From an uncultured Gemmatimonadales bacterium (GTDB taxonomy: Bacteria; Gemmatimonadota; Gemmatimonadetes; Palauibacterales; Palauibacteraceae), in assembly GCA_963783385.1 (NCBI GenBank), contig CAWANJ010000002.1, positions 96,001 to 160,000 on the forward strand: DNA of 64,000 nt. The letters are read 5' to 3'. Positions within the stretch are counted from its first letter, which is position 1. Each line of letters begins with the position of its first letter. The position numbers were made by a program, and so were the translations under genes. Below are positions 38,979-51,755 of the stretch, one piece after another. The notes below the pieces were generated by a model. That model was not told the DNA's origin. It ran no database searches and saw only the letters and a list, made by a program, of their open reading frames with translations.

Positions 38979-40170
38979 ATGGGCTCCACGGGTCTTCCGG
39001 ACGAAACGGCGATCTTCCTGTCTGATCTTCTTCCTCCTCCTGACCGGTCTGGCCGCTTGTGGCCGGCGCCCATCCCGGCCGACGACTCGGTTCGACCCCG
39101 ACGTGCCGCGAAGACTCTTGACAGCCAGGGCGGGGTGCCATGACTGCCTCGATGTGACGATCGTCGCGACCCTGGGGCGCGCGGGCGATTCGGTCTCGAT
39201 CGACGCCACGGCTCCTTTTGGGGCGTCGTGTTCGGTGCTCCATCTCGACAACGGCCACTTCGTGGTCAGCGGTCTCGTCGGTGGCGGGGAACTGGGGGTC
39301 TACGACGCACAGGGGAAGTGGCTTCGGGCCGTGGGACGCCCCGGTCAGGGGCCCGGGGAGTTCCAACGTCAACTGGACCTGGCTACGGTGGCCGGCGATA
39401 CGTTCGAAGTGTTGGACAGGTTCAATCTGCGTGCGACCAAAGCCACGTCGGCGGGCGAGTTCCTGGGCTCCTTCAGAACGCCCGAAGCTGCCAACGGACT
39501 CATCGCCATGGGCCGCGACCGGTGGCTGGTCCTGGAGACCCCGGGAAGCGCGGCTGTGCGAGACTCCCTGTTCGTCCTAGTCGACGATTCCGGAGCCGTC
39601 GTGCGCGCCTTCGGCGCGTCCTCGCCCGCTCTCGCCGATCTGGATGCATGGACGGCCGCCAGGGGCCGGGACGGGGACCTGTTCACCGCCAGCGTGTGGC
39701 ATTACGAGATTTATCACTGGACGAACCGGGGGAAGCTCGAGGAGACTTTCCTGCGCCACGCTCCGTGGTTTCCCGACGCACAGGTGGTAACTCCTCGGAG
39801 GCTGGACCGCATGTTCGGGGAGCTTCCACCCGTGGATTACCTGGAGCACATCGCGGTCGACGATCGCGGTCGACTCTGGACCTTCTCGCTGATTCCCGAT
39901 CCCGATTGGACGCCCGGCCCGACCCACTTCACGTCGCCGGCTTGGACTCGACACACTTTTGACACGATGGTGGAGGTCGTGGATGTCCGGGACCCCGTGA
40001 GAGCGAGGGTGGTCGCCTCGCGACGCTTCGATTCCGTCGTAGCTCCCATCTGTGGAAGGGATCTGCTCCTGTACCGGCTGATAGAAACAGCTGTGGGTGA
40101 CACTCGAGCCGAAATCTTGGCACCGCGAGTGACGGTCGCTGGCCACACTCCCGAGACAGACCGGAACTGA
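38979..40170 (+). CDS. Six-bladed beta-propeller-like lipoprotein (start uncertain)
   Basis: The frame of ORF 39103 extends upstream as TKRRSSCLIFFLLLTGLAA-C (lipobox), then CHDC and VYDAQGKWLRAVGRPGQGPGEF (NHL/6-blade propeller motif). ATG 38979 would need a 1-nt indel. Confidence 0.78.
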
Positions 40171-40256
40171 AAGGCCCGCCCCGTGCCTCCACGCACAGGC
40201 TGACTCCCGGCCTCCGCGTGACGCTCCGGTTCCCCGGCCGGCGGGGGAATCGGGGC

Positions 40257-40877
40257 TCAGTCGACCGCTACCGGATGGAAGCGGCCACTCTCCAGGTCGA
40301 GGGCGTCCACGCGGCCTTCCTCGAGGATGTAGTGCCACCCGTGCAGCGCCAGATCACCGGCCTCCGTACGTTCCCGCACGATGGGGTATTCGGCCAGTCG
40401 CCCCAGCTGCAGCGCGATGCTGCGCCGTTCGGTCTCCCGCAGCGTATCCTCGTCGGGAGCGCCGTCCCCGGCGGGCAGCGCCGCGGGCCGGGCCAGCCCG
40501 AGCCAGCGCTCCAGGTTGGGCGCCGGCACGTCCGGGGGCTCGTACAGGGCGCGCACCGCGCCGCAGTGACTGTGGCCGCACACCACAATGTCCCGGACGC
40601 CCAGCACCGCGACCGCGTACTCAATGGCGGCGGCCGCCTCGTGCTCACCGACCTCGGGGTCGTGAGGCGGCACGAGCGCGCCCACGTTGCGGGACACGAA
40701 CAGGTCGCCCGGCCCCGAGTCGGTCAGGAGGTCGGGGAGCACGCGGGAGTCCGAGCAGCCGATGAACAGGGTGCCCGGGCGCTGCCCCGCCGCCACCAGC
40801 TCGCGGAAGTGCTCCCGGTAGCCGGGGAACGCCTCCCTGTGGAAACGCTGCAAGCCCCGGAGGAGGCTGTCGGACAT
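40257..40877 (-). CDS. Beta-class carbonic anhydrase
   Basis: FIGCSDSRV, LFVSRNVG, IEYAV, VCGHSHCGA and LHGWHY. Confidence 0.95.
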   Translation of the reverse strand: MSDSLLRGLQRFHREAFPGYREHFRELVAAGQRPGTLFIGCSDSRVLPDLLTDSGPGDLFVSRNVGALVPPHDPEVGEHEAAAAIEYAVAVLGVRDIVVCGHSHCGAVRALYEPPDVPAPNLERWLGLARPAALPAGDGAPDEDTLRETERRSIALQLGRLAEYPIVRERTEAGDLALHGWHYILEEGRVDALDLESGRFHPVAVD

Positions 40878-41225
40878 GCTCCGACCTCGCGTCTCTGGGA
40901 TCCTCGTCGAACGGGCGACGTAGGATAGCGGCATCGGGTCGCCGTGCGAAGGCGGGGGGGCACGGCCCTCCGCCTCGGCCCTCGCACGCCGAACATCGCG
41001 GCCGGCCGGAGCCGACGGCCGCCGCCGACAGGCGCCCCGGTCCGGGATCCGGGGCGTGCGCGCGCGCCCGTCGCGCCGCTACCTTCCGGACGGCGGCGCC
41101 CGCACGCTTCCTGCACCCGGCAGGACACGCGCGGGCGCCGCGGTGTACGGAGAAGGCGGCGGCGTGCGAGGGATGCCGGACGGGGCCCGGGAGCCGAAGC
41201 GACCACGCAAGCCCACGAGAGGGGA

Positions 41226-43892
<2,667 letters not shown>

Positions 43893-43896
<4 letters not shown>

Positions 43897-44309
43897 GCGC
43901 CGTGCACCGCGAGGACGAGGTGTCGGGAGGCTCGTCCGGAGGCGGGGCCGAGTCGCCGCGGCGGCGCGCCCTGGCGTGGCTGCACGAGCGCCTGGACGAC
44001 ATCCACCCGGAGCTGGCCGCGGCCGTCCGCCGCTGTGTCCGGGAGGGATCCGAGCCGGACGCGGGCAGCTCCGTGGCGGACGTGCTGGCCGATGCCGCCG
44101 CGGCCGAGCTGCAGCGGATCGCCGCCGGACCGCAGGACCGGGCCGCCGCCGTTCGGCTCCTGGCCGCGGACGCGGTACTGACCTTCGCGTTCGAGGCCGT
44201 GGCGGCCCAGGGAGGGGACTCGGACGCGCTGGCCGACCGGGTGGGGCTTCGCGGCACGCTCGGGCACGCGCTGCTCGAGGCGCTGAACTCCGGGGAGGGG
44301 ACGGCGTGA
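43893..44309 (+). CDS. Hypothetical protein coupled to alaS
   Basis: GTGA overlaps with both neighbours. Helical segment RLLAADAVLTFAFEA. Confidence 0.75.
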
Positions 44310-45142
44310 GCGAGGCGCCCCGACTGGCCGATCTGCACTGTCACCTGGTCCCGGGGGTCGACGACGGCGCCGAGACCTTCCGGGATGCCCTCGTGTGGCT
44401 GGAGGCCTTCGCCGAAGACGGCATCACCCGGGTAGCCACCACGCCCCACCTCCCGGCCCGACTGGCCGACTCGGACTATCGCCGCCGAGTGGTGGACCGG
44501 TTTTCGGAGCTGGCGGCCCGGGCCGAGGACCGGCTTCCCTCGGTCGAGCTCTCGCTGGCCTTCGAGATCCGACTGGATGGCGCCCCGCTCGACCCGGCCG
44601 ACGAGGGCCTGTGGCTGGGGCCGGGCCGGCACGTGCTCGTGGAGTTCCAGGGGCTGGTGCTGCCGGCCGAGCCGCAGCGGGAGCTCTCGACCCTGCTGGA
44701 GGCCGGGCTCCACCCGGTTCTGGCGCACCCGGAGCGCTACCAGGGGATCGGCGACGACGAGGCCTGGCCGAGCCTGTGGCGGGAGATGGGCGTGCGCCTG
44801 TGCGTGAACGCGGGCAGCCTGTGGGGAGCCTACGGACGGGAGCCCCAGGAGGTCGCGCGGGGGATGCTGGCGCGGGGCGAGGCGGACCTCGTCGGCTCGG
44901 ACCATCACGCTCGCCCCCACCGCTCGGACACCGTGAGGGAGGCGTGGGATCTCCTCCGGGACGCGGGGCACCCCGAGGCCGCCGACCTCCTCGTGGGCGA
45001 AAACACGCGTGCGGTGCTGGACGGCGGCGAGCTCGCGGCGGTGCCTCCGGCGCCGCTGGATACCGGGGAAGAGGACGGATCCGGCGTCGGAACGACGGGT
45101 CGATCGTCCTGGTGGCGATTCCTGGGCGCGGGCGGCCGGTGA
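44306..45142 (+). CDS. PHP-family protein-tyrosine phosphatase (CpsB/CapC/YwqE)
   Basis: DLHCHLVPGVDDG, ATTPH, VLAHPERY and VGSDHH. Confidence 0.9.
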   Translation: MSEAPRLADLHCHLVPGVDDGAETFRDALVWLEAFAEDGITRVATTPHLPARLADSDYRRRVVDRFSELAARAEDRLPSVELSLAFEIRLDGAPLDPADEGLWLGPGRHVLVEFQGLVLPAEPQRELSTLLEAGLHPVLAHPERYQGIGDDEAWPSLWREMGVRLCVNAGSLWGAYGREPQEVARGMLARGEADLVGSDHHARPHRSDTVREAWDLLRDAGHPEAADLLVGENTRAVLDGGELAAVPPAPLDTGEEDGSGVGTTGRSSWWRFLGAGGR

Positions 45143-45792
45143 CCGAACCGGGCTCCTTCGCGTCCCGCATGGCCGACCTGGCCGCCGCGGCCGAGGCCGC
45201 CGGCGCGCTCGGGCCGTCGGTGGACCGCTACGTCGACCGGGTGCTCGTCACATTGCGGCGGGGCGGAAAGCTCCTCCTGTGCGGAAACGGGGGCAGCGCG
45301 GCCACGGCCGAGCACGTGGCGGCCGAGTACGTCGTGCGCTTCCGGCGCGAGCGGCGGGCCTTCGCGGCGGTGGCGCTCACTTCCGGAAGCGTCGTCCTCA
45401 CCGCCGCTTCGAACGACCTGGGCTACGCCGAGGCACTGGCGCGCGCGGTACGGGCGCTGGCCCGGCCGGAGGACCTGCTCATCCTGCACTCGACCAGCGG
45501 CGACTCCCCCAACCTCCTGCGGGCCGCCGAGGAAGCGAACGCGATGGGCGTCGCCACGGTCGGGGTGCTGGCCCGCGGCGGTGGACGCCTGGCTTCCCGG
45601 GTGGACCTGGCGCTGGTTCTGCCGGCCGAGGAGACGGCGCTGGCGCAGGAGCTTCAGCTGGCGCTCGAGCACGCGGTCGTGGATCGGGTCGAAGCGGCGC
45701 TCGCTGGAGAAGCCGGAGCCGATGCCGGAGCTCCCGGTGCTGGGGCTCGCGCTGCCGGGACTGGAGATCACACCGAGCCGGGGGAGGTATGA
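45139..45792 (+). CDS. gmhA: Phosphoheptose isomerase (SIS domain)
   Basis: CGNGGSAATAEHVAAE, TAASNDLGY, STSGDSPN and QELQLALEH. Confidence 0.85.
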   Translation: MTEPGSFASRMADLAAAAEAAGALGPSVDRYVDRVLVTLRRGGKLLLCGNGGSAATAEHVAAEYVVRFRRERRAFAAVALTSGSVVLTAASNDLGYAEALARAVRALARPEDLLILHSTSGDSPNLLRAAEEANAMGVATVGVLARGGGRLASRVDLALVLPAEETALAQELQLALEHAVVDRVEAALAGEAGADAGAPGAGARAAGTGDHTEPGEV

Positions 45793-46662
45793 TGGGATCG
45801 ACGCTGCTGCCGGGCATTGCGGGAAAGCGGGCCCTGGTGACGGGCGGGTCGCGGGGGATCGGGCGGGCCACGGTCCGGCTGCTGGCCGGCTGCGGGGCCT
45901 CGGTCGGGGTCGCCTACCGGAGCGCCCACGACGAGGCGGAGGCGGCCGTCCGGGAAGCCACCGAGGCCGGCGCCGCGTTTCGAAAGCGGCAGGGCGCGGC
46001 CTTCGTGCTGCGCTCCCTGGAGGCGGCAGACCCCGAGGAGGACGCCGAGATCGGCGAGCCGGCCACCTTCTTCCGACAGGCCGCCGACCTGTCGCGCGAG
46101 GAGGAAGTCGAGTCGCTGTTCGAGCGGGTCGATGGAGGAGCTGGGCGGACTGGATTTGTTCGTCGGCAACGCCGGCATCTGGAACGTGGACGACGCTCCG
46201 ATCCGGGACCTCGAGATGGCCGAGTGGCGACGGATGATGGCGGTCAACCTGGACTCCATCTTCCTGAGCACGCGCGAGGCCGTGCGGCGCATGGGCCGGG
46301 GCGGGCGCGTGGTGCTCCTTTCCTCCACGGCCGGCCAGCGCGGCGAGCCGTATCACAACCAGTACGCGGCCACCAAGGGAGCCATCATCTCCTTCACCAA
46401 GTCGCTGGCCCGCGAGCTGGGACCGGAGGGCATTACGGTCAACTCGGTGGCCCCGGGGTGGGTGGACACGGACATGAGCGCCCCGATCCTGGAGGGGGCC
46501 GACCCGGAGGCGATGGACAGGATCCTGGGCGAGATCCCGCTGCGGCGGGTGGCCACCGTCGAGGATGTCGCCGGTCCCATCGTCTTCCTGCTCAGCGACC
46601 TGGGACGCCAGATCACGGGCGAGATCGTGAACGTGAACGGCGGTAGCGTGGTCTGCGGGTGA
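45789..46662 (+). CDS. SDR family oxidoreductase (apparent +1 indel at about 46134)
   Basis: VTGGSRGIG in the first frame. LDLFVGNAGI, YAATK, VNSVAPGWVDT and VNGG in the frame of ORF 46132..46662. Confidence 0.9.
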
Positions 46663-47975
46663 CCTCCATGGACCTCGACGCCCCGCAGGGCCTGCTCGAG
46701 GTCGCCCGCCGGCTCGAGGAGCGTGGCCGCGAGGCGTGGGCCGTGGGCGGCGCCGTCCGCGACGAGCTCGCCGGGCATCACCGCGCGGACTGGGACCTGG
46801 CCACGGACGCCCGGCCGCGGGAGGTGCGCTCCCTTTTCCGGCGCACCGTACCGATCGGGATCGAGCACGGCACCGTGGGGGTGATCGCCTCGGACGGCGT
46901 GATGTACGAGGTCACCACCTTCCGCCGGGACGTGGAGACGGACGGCCGTCACGCGGTCATCGAGTTCGCAGACTCGCTCGAGGAGGACCTGGCGCGGCGG
47001 GACTTCACGATCAACGCGCTGGCGTGGCGTCCGGCGACGGGTGAGCTCCGGGACCCGTACGGCGGCAGGGAGGACCTGGAGCGGCGGCGGCTTCGGGCGG
47101 TCGAGGACCCGGCCACGCGCTTCGCCGAGGACTACCTTCGGGTGCTGCGCGGCCTCCGGTTCGCAGGTCGCTTTCGGCTGGACATCGAACCGGAGACGGA
47201 GCGCGCCCTGGACGAGGCCGTGCCGGGGACCCGCGACCTGTCCGCCGAGCGGGTCCGCGAGGAGCTCCTCAAGATCATGGGAGGACCGGCGCCCTCGGCC
47301 GCGCTCCACCTGTACCGCCAGCACGGCATCCTGGCCATGTGGTACCCGGAGCTGGCCGAAGCGGCGGTCGAAGACCCGCGCTGGGAGCTCGACCTCGGGG
47401 CTGTCGACGCGGTGCCCGCAGCGCGCGCGCGGCTGCGCGTGGCCCGTCTCCTCCTGGCGATCGCACAGGATCCCGAGGAGAGGGGCGCGCGCGCACGGGT
47501 CGTGCTCGAGCGCCTCAAGTTCTCCAACTCCGACTCGGATCGCATCGCCCACCTCCTGCGGGCCTACGAACCGGTGCCGGCCCCCACCGATTCCGATGCG
47601 CAGGTCCGGGAGTGGATCGCCGAGGTGGGACGCGAAACGGTGCGGGACGTCCTCAGGCTGCACGCCGCCACGGCGCGCTCGGCGGGAGCCACGGAGGGCC
47701 AGCGTTACCTGGTTTTCCTGTGGCGACGGGTCCACGCCCAGCTCCTCTCCCACGCTCCCCTCACCCGCGCCGAGCTGGCGGTGGATGGCAACGACCTGCT
47801 CGCGCTCGGGGTCGCGGCGGGGCCCGGGATGGGCGTGCTCCTCGACGAGCTCCACGCCACCGTGATCGAGGATCCCGCGTTAAACGAGCGCGAGTCCCTC
47901 CTCGACCTGGCCAGGGAATACGCAGAGATGGGCGGCCTCCTGGCCGGTCCTCCGACCGAGGAGGGGCGGGCATGA
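46659..47975 (+). CDS. cca: CCA tRNA nucleotidyltransferase (class II)
   Basis: VGGAVRD, DWDLAT, YEVTTFR, EDLARRDFTINA, EDYLRVLRGLRF and SAERVREEL. Confidence 0.9.
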   Translation: MTSMDLDAPQGLLEVARRLEERGREAWAVGGAVRDELAGHHRADWDLATDARPREVRSLFRRTVPIGIEHGTVGVIASDGVMYEVTTFRRDVETDGRHAVIEFADSLEEDLARRDFTINALAWRPATGELRDPYGGREDLERRRLRAVEDPATRFAEDYLRVLRGLRFAGRFRLDIEPETERALDEAVPGTRDLSAERVREELLKIMGGPAPSAALHLYRQHGILAMWYPELAEAAVEDPRWELDLGAVDAVPAARARLRVARLLLAIAQDPEERGARARVVLERLKFSNSDSDRIAHLLRAYEPVPAPTDSDAQVREWIAEVGRETVRDVLRLHAATARSAGATEGQRYLVFLWRRVHAQLLSHAPLTRAELAVDGNDLLALGVAAGPGMGVLLDELHATVIEDPALNERESLLDLAREYAEMGGLLAGPPTEEGRA

Positions 47976-49405
47976 GCGACGAGCCGAGCCTGTTCGGACC
48001 CGAGGGCGGCGCGCCGGGCCGTGCGCCCGTGCCGGGCGACCGCGCCTCCGCGCGGGGCCCGTGGTCCGTCGACCCGGGCGCGCCGCTGGCCGCCCGCATG
48101 CGGGCCCGATCGCTGGACGAGTTCGTGGGGCAGGAGAAGGTGGTGGGCCCGGGCGGGCCGCTGCGCGAGCTGATCGAGCACGACCGGGTGCCGAGCCTCA
48201 TCCTGTGGGGCCCTCCGGGCTGCGGGAAGACCACGCTGGCCGGGATCATCGCCCGCGCCACCGACTCCGCGTTCGAGCCGTTCAGCGCGGTGACGGAGGG
48301 GATCGCCCGCGTCCGGGAGCTCATCGAGCAGGCCCGGGTCCGCAAGCGCGCCACGGGCTGCGACACGATCCTGTTCGTGGACGAGATCCACCGCTTCAAC
48401 CGGGCGCAGCAGGACGCCTTCCTCCCGCACGTGGAGGCGGGAACGGTCACCCTCATCGGGGCCACGACCGAGAACCCGAGCTTCGAGGTGGTGGGTCCGC
48501 TCCTGAGCCGCGCCCGGGTGTTCGTGCTCGAGGCGCTCTCGCCCTCGGACATCGCCGTGTTGTGCCGGAGGGCGCTGGACGATGCGGAGCGCGGCCTGGG
48601 CGGCCGCGGCCTGTCGATCGAGGAGGAGGCGCTCCGCCGCCTGTCGGAAGCGGCCGATGGGGACGCGCGCCGCGCCCTCAACGCGCTGGAAACGGCGGCC
48701 GAGCTCGCCGCAGCTGAAGGTGCCATTGGCGTGGAGGAGGTCGAGGGCGCGTTGCAGCGCCGCTTTCCCCGCTACGACAAGAGCGGCGAGGAGCACTACA
48801 ACCTCATCTCGGCCCTGCACAAGGCGGTCCGGGGCTCGGACGTCGACGCGGCCCTCTACTGGCTGGCCCGCATGCTGGAGGGCGGGGAGGACCCGCTCTA
48901 CCTGGCGCGCCGCATGGTGCGCATGGCGTCGGAGGACATCGGGCTGGCGGATCCGCGTGCGTTGCAGGTGACCCTGGCCGCGCGGGATGCCTACCACTTC
49001 CTGGGCTCGCCGGAGGGGGATCTCGCCCTGGCCGAGGCGGTCTCCTACCTGGCCGCCGCACCCAAGTCGAACCGCATCTACGGCGCCTTCGGCGAGGCCA
49101 GGCGAGCCGCCCGCGACACGCCCGCCGAGCCGGTCCCGCTCCACATCCGAAACGCTCCCACTCGCCTCATGAAGGACCTCGGCTACGGCGAGGGTTACGC
49201 GTACGACCACGACTTCCAGGAGGGCGTGGCCCCGCAGACGTACCTGCCGGATGTCCTGGCCGACCGGCGCTTCTACGTGCCCGGCAACCGGGGGGAGGAG
49301 GCCGAGCTGGCGCGGCGGCTGCGGCGAATCGCCGAGCTGAGGAAGCGCGGCGAGGCGTCGGAGTCCGACGCCGGGGACAGGACCCGGTCCGGCGGCGGAG
49401 GGTAG
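47972..49405 (+). CDS. rarA: Replication-associated recombination protein A (MgsA/RarA AAA+ ATPase)
   Basis: PLAARMR, WGPPGCGKTT, FVDEIHRFN, GATTENPSF, YDKSGEEHYNLISALHK and ASEDIGLAD. Confidence 0.96.
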   Translation: MSDEPSLFGPEGGAPGRAPVPGDRASARGPWSVDPGAPLAARMRARSLDEFVGQEKVVGPGGPLRELIEHDRVPSLILWGPPGCGKTTLAGIIARATDSAFEPFSAVTEGIARVRELIEQARVRKRATGCDTILFVDEIHRFNRAQQDAFLPHVEAGTVTLIGATTENPSFEVVGPLLSRARVFVLEALSPSDIAVLCRRALDDAERGLGGRGLSIEEEALRRLSEAADGDARRALNALETAAELAAAEGAIGVEEVEGALQRRFPRYDKSGEEHYNLISALHKAVRGSDVDAALYWLARMLEGGEDPLYLARRMVRMASEDIGLADPRALQVTLAARDAYHFLGSPEGDLALAEAVSYLAAAPKSNRIYGAFGEARRAARDTPAEPVPLHIRNAPTRLMKDLGYGEGYAYDHDFQEGVAPQTYLPDVLADRRFYVPGNRGEEAELARRLRRIAELRKRGEASESDAGDRTRSGGGG

Positions 49406-49531
49406 GGATACGGGAAGCCGAACGCCGCCACGGGACCGGGCGTGGCGTCCCCACACGGGGCCGCGGGCCCAGGTTTCCGGCGGCGTTCGCGCACGACACC
49501 CGAGGCACGGGGGAGGTAGATTCCCGACTCG

Positions 49532-50824
49532 ATGATCGACGTCGAACAACCGACCGAGCGCGTCCTCCTGGTGGGCGCGCCACCCCTGGACCGCTCCCAG
49601 GAGCTCGTGGACGAGCACCTGGCCGAGCTCGCCCGGCTGGCCACGACGGCGGGGGCGGCCGTCGTGGGAGCCCTCGTCCAGCGACTCGAGGCACCCCATC
49701 CCGCCACCTACATCGGGACTGGAAAGCTGGAAGAGCTCGCCCGCATGGCGCGCGAGCGCGGCGCCACCCTGATCGTGTTCGACGAGGACCTCAGCCCCGC
49801 CCAGGGCTCCGCCATCGAGGAGCGGATCGGGGTGCGGGTCATGGACCGCACGGAGCTCATCCTCGACATCTTCGCTCTGCGCGCCCGCACGGCGGAGGCC
49901 AAGCTCCAGGTCGAGCTGGCGCAGCTCCAGTACATGCGTCCGCGGCTCAAGCGGATGTGGACCCACCTGTCGAGGACCGCCGGCGGCATCGGGGCCCGGG
50001 GTCCGGGCGAGCAGCAGCTGGAGACGGACCGCCGGCTCATCGACCGGCGCATCGCGCGCCTGGGCGGCCGCCTGGAGGAGATCGCCCGCTCCCGGGACAC
50101 GCAGCGCAAGGCGCGCCGGACGGCGTTCCAGGTCGCCCTGGTGGGCTACACGAACGCCGGGAAGTCATCGATCCTGCGCTCCCTGTCGGGGAGCGACCTG
50201 TTCGTGGAGGACCGGCTGTTCGCCACGCTGGACTCCGCCACCCGGGCCGTGCAGCTCGGAGAAGGCTACGAGGCGCTGGTCACCGACACGGTGGGCTTCA
50301 TCCGCAAGCTGCCTCACCACCTGGTGGCGTCCTTCCGGGCGACCCTCGAGGAGGTGGGCGAGGCCGACCTCCTGCTGCACGTCATCGACGCATCGGCCCC
50401 GAACTGGGAGCACCAGGCGCAGGCCGTGGACGAGGTGCTGGCCGACATGGGTGCCGACCCCGCCAGAGTCCTGCTCGTGTTCCACAAGGTCGACCGGCTC
50501 GGATCGACCCGCCGCGCCGCGCTCCGCGAGCGCTCGGCCGCGTTCATGGGACCCCACGTCATGACCACGGTCGAGGAAGCGGAGGGGCTGGAGCCACTGC
50601 GCGCCTTGCTGCGCCAGCGGATCCGCGCCCTTCGGACCACGGTGCGCCTGGTGGTGCCGGTCGCCGACGGCCGGATGCTGGCCGAGGCCTACCGAGAGGG
50701 CGAGGTACTGAGCCGGGAGCAGAACGGGACGGAGATCGTGCTGGTGGCCCGCGTGCCCGAGGCGGTCGTGGGACGCTGGGAGGGCCAGGAGGGAGTCCGC
50801 GTCGTTCGTCAGGATGCGGCGTGA
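49532..50824 (+). CDS. hflX: GTPase HflX
   Basis: LILDIFALRART, GPGEQQLETDRR, GYTNAGKS, LFATLD and DTVGFI. Confidence 0.96.
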   Translation: MIDVEQPTERVLLVGAPPLDRSQELVDEHLAELARLATTAGAAVVGALVQRLEAPHPATYIGTGKLEELARMARERGATLIVFDEDLSPAQGSAIEERIGVRVMDRTELILDIFALRARTAEAKLQVELAQLQYMRPRLKRMWTHLSRTAGGIGARGPGEQQLETDRRLIDRRIARLGGRLEEIARSRDTQRKARRTAFQVALVGYTNAGKSSILRSLSGSDLFVEDRLFATLDSATRAVQLGEGYEALVTDTVGFIRKLPHHLVASFRATLEEVGEADLLLHVIDASAPNWEHQAQAVDEVLADMGADPARVLLVFHKVDRLGSTRRAALRERSAAFMGPHVMTTVEEAEGLEPLRALLRQRIRALRTTVRLVVPVADGRMLAEAYREGEVLSREQNGTEIVLVARVPEAVVGRWEGQEGVRVVRQDAA

Positions 50825-50837
50825 CCACGCCCGGGGC

Positions 50838-51734
50838 GTGAGCGGGGCCCGCGGACCCGTGGGCGGCACCGTGGCCATCGTGGGCCGGGGCCGCATGGGA
50901 CGCTCCCTGGTCGAGGCGCTGGAAGCCCACGCCCCGGGGACGCACGTCGAGCTCGAGGGCAGGGAGCCGCGGCGTCCCGCCCCGGCGACCGTCGTGTTCT
51001 GCGTGCCGGACGACGCCCTCGAAGCCGCCGTGCGGGTCCGGGCGGAAGCGTTCGCACCCGGCCGGGCGGACGGGGCCGTGGTCCGCGGCGCCTCGGGCTC
51101 GCGGCAGCCGCCCGACCGGGTGGCCCTCCACACCAGCGGCGTCCACCCCGCGTCGATCCTCTCGCCCCTGCGGGAGGTCGGCTTCGCGGTGGCCGCGTGG
51201 CATCCGCTGACGGTGGTGGATCGGCCGGACGGAGCGGCCCTGGTCGGCGTCACGTGGGGGCTGGAGGGTGATGCTGCGGCGGTGGGCCGCGCCACCGAGC
51301 TCGCCGAGGCCCTGAGGGGCCGCACGCTTCGCCTGGCTCCGGACCAGCACGCCCGCTACCATGCGGCGGCCGTGTTCGCTTCCAACTTCCTGGTAGCGTG
51401 CCTGGGCGTGGCCGCCGATGAGCTGCGGAGGGCGGCATCCGGAGCGTCGGTCGGACCCGACGCCGCCCCGGATGTGGAGCCCCTCCTCCCGCTGGCCCGG
51501 GCCGCCCTCGAGGCGGTGGCGCGCGGCGGAGTGCGGCGAGGACTCACGGGGCCGGTGGCCCGGGGCGACGCGGGTACGGTCCGCCGGCACCTGGAGGTGC
51601 TGGACGGAGAGCGACGGGAGCTGTATCGGGCCCTGGCCCACGAGCTCCTGCGGCTGGCCGGCCCGGACCTCGCGCCCGATCGGGCGGCGGCGATTCGGGC
51701 GGCGCTGGCCCCGAGAGACGACGCCGGGGCTTAG
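50838..51734 (+). CDS. Rossmann-like/DUF2520 protein (PanG-like reductase)
   Basis: IVGRGRMG, CVPDD, HTSG, WHPL, YHAAAVFASN and LTGPVARGD..TVRRH. Start is 50814 or 50838. Confidence 0.87.
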   Translation: MSGARGPVGGTVAIVGRGRMGRSLVEALEAHAPGTHVELEGREPRRPAPATVVFCVPDDALEAAVRVRAEAFAPGRADGAVVRGASGSRQPPDRVALHTSGVHPASILSPLREVGFAVAAWHPLTVVDRPDGAALVGVTWGLEGDAAAVGRATELAEALRGRTLRLAPDQHARYHAAAVFASNFLVACLGVAADELRRAASGASVGPDAAPDVEPLLPLARAALEAVARGGVRRGLTGPVARGDAGTVRRHLEVLDGERRELYRALAHELLRLAGPDLAPDRAAAIRAALAPRDDAGA

Positions 51735-51755
51735 GGAGACAGGCGAGGGGGTAGC

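Noticed and set aside
40878-41225. T-box or other riboswitch upstream of alaS
   Set aside because: No T-box consensus or terminator is visible. It appears to be a GC-rich divergent promoter region only.
50482-50493. HflX G4 motif reads HKVD instead of NKxD
   Set aside because: This is a single-base difference that could be a base-call error or a tolerated variant and cannot be judged here.
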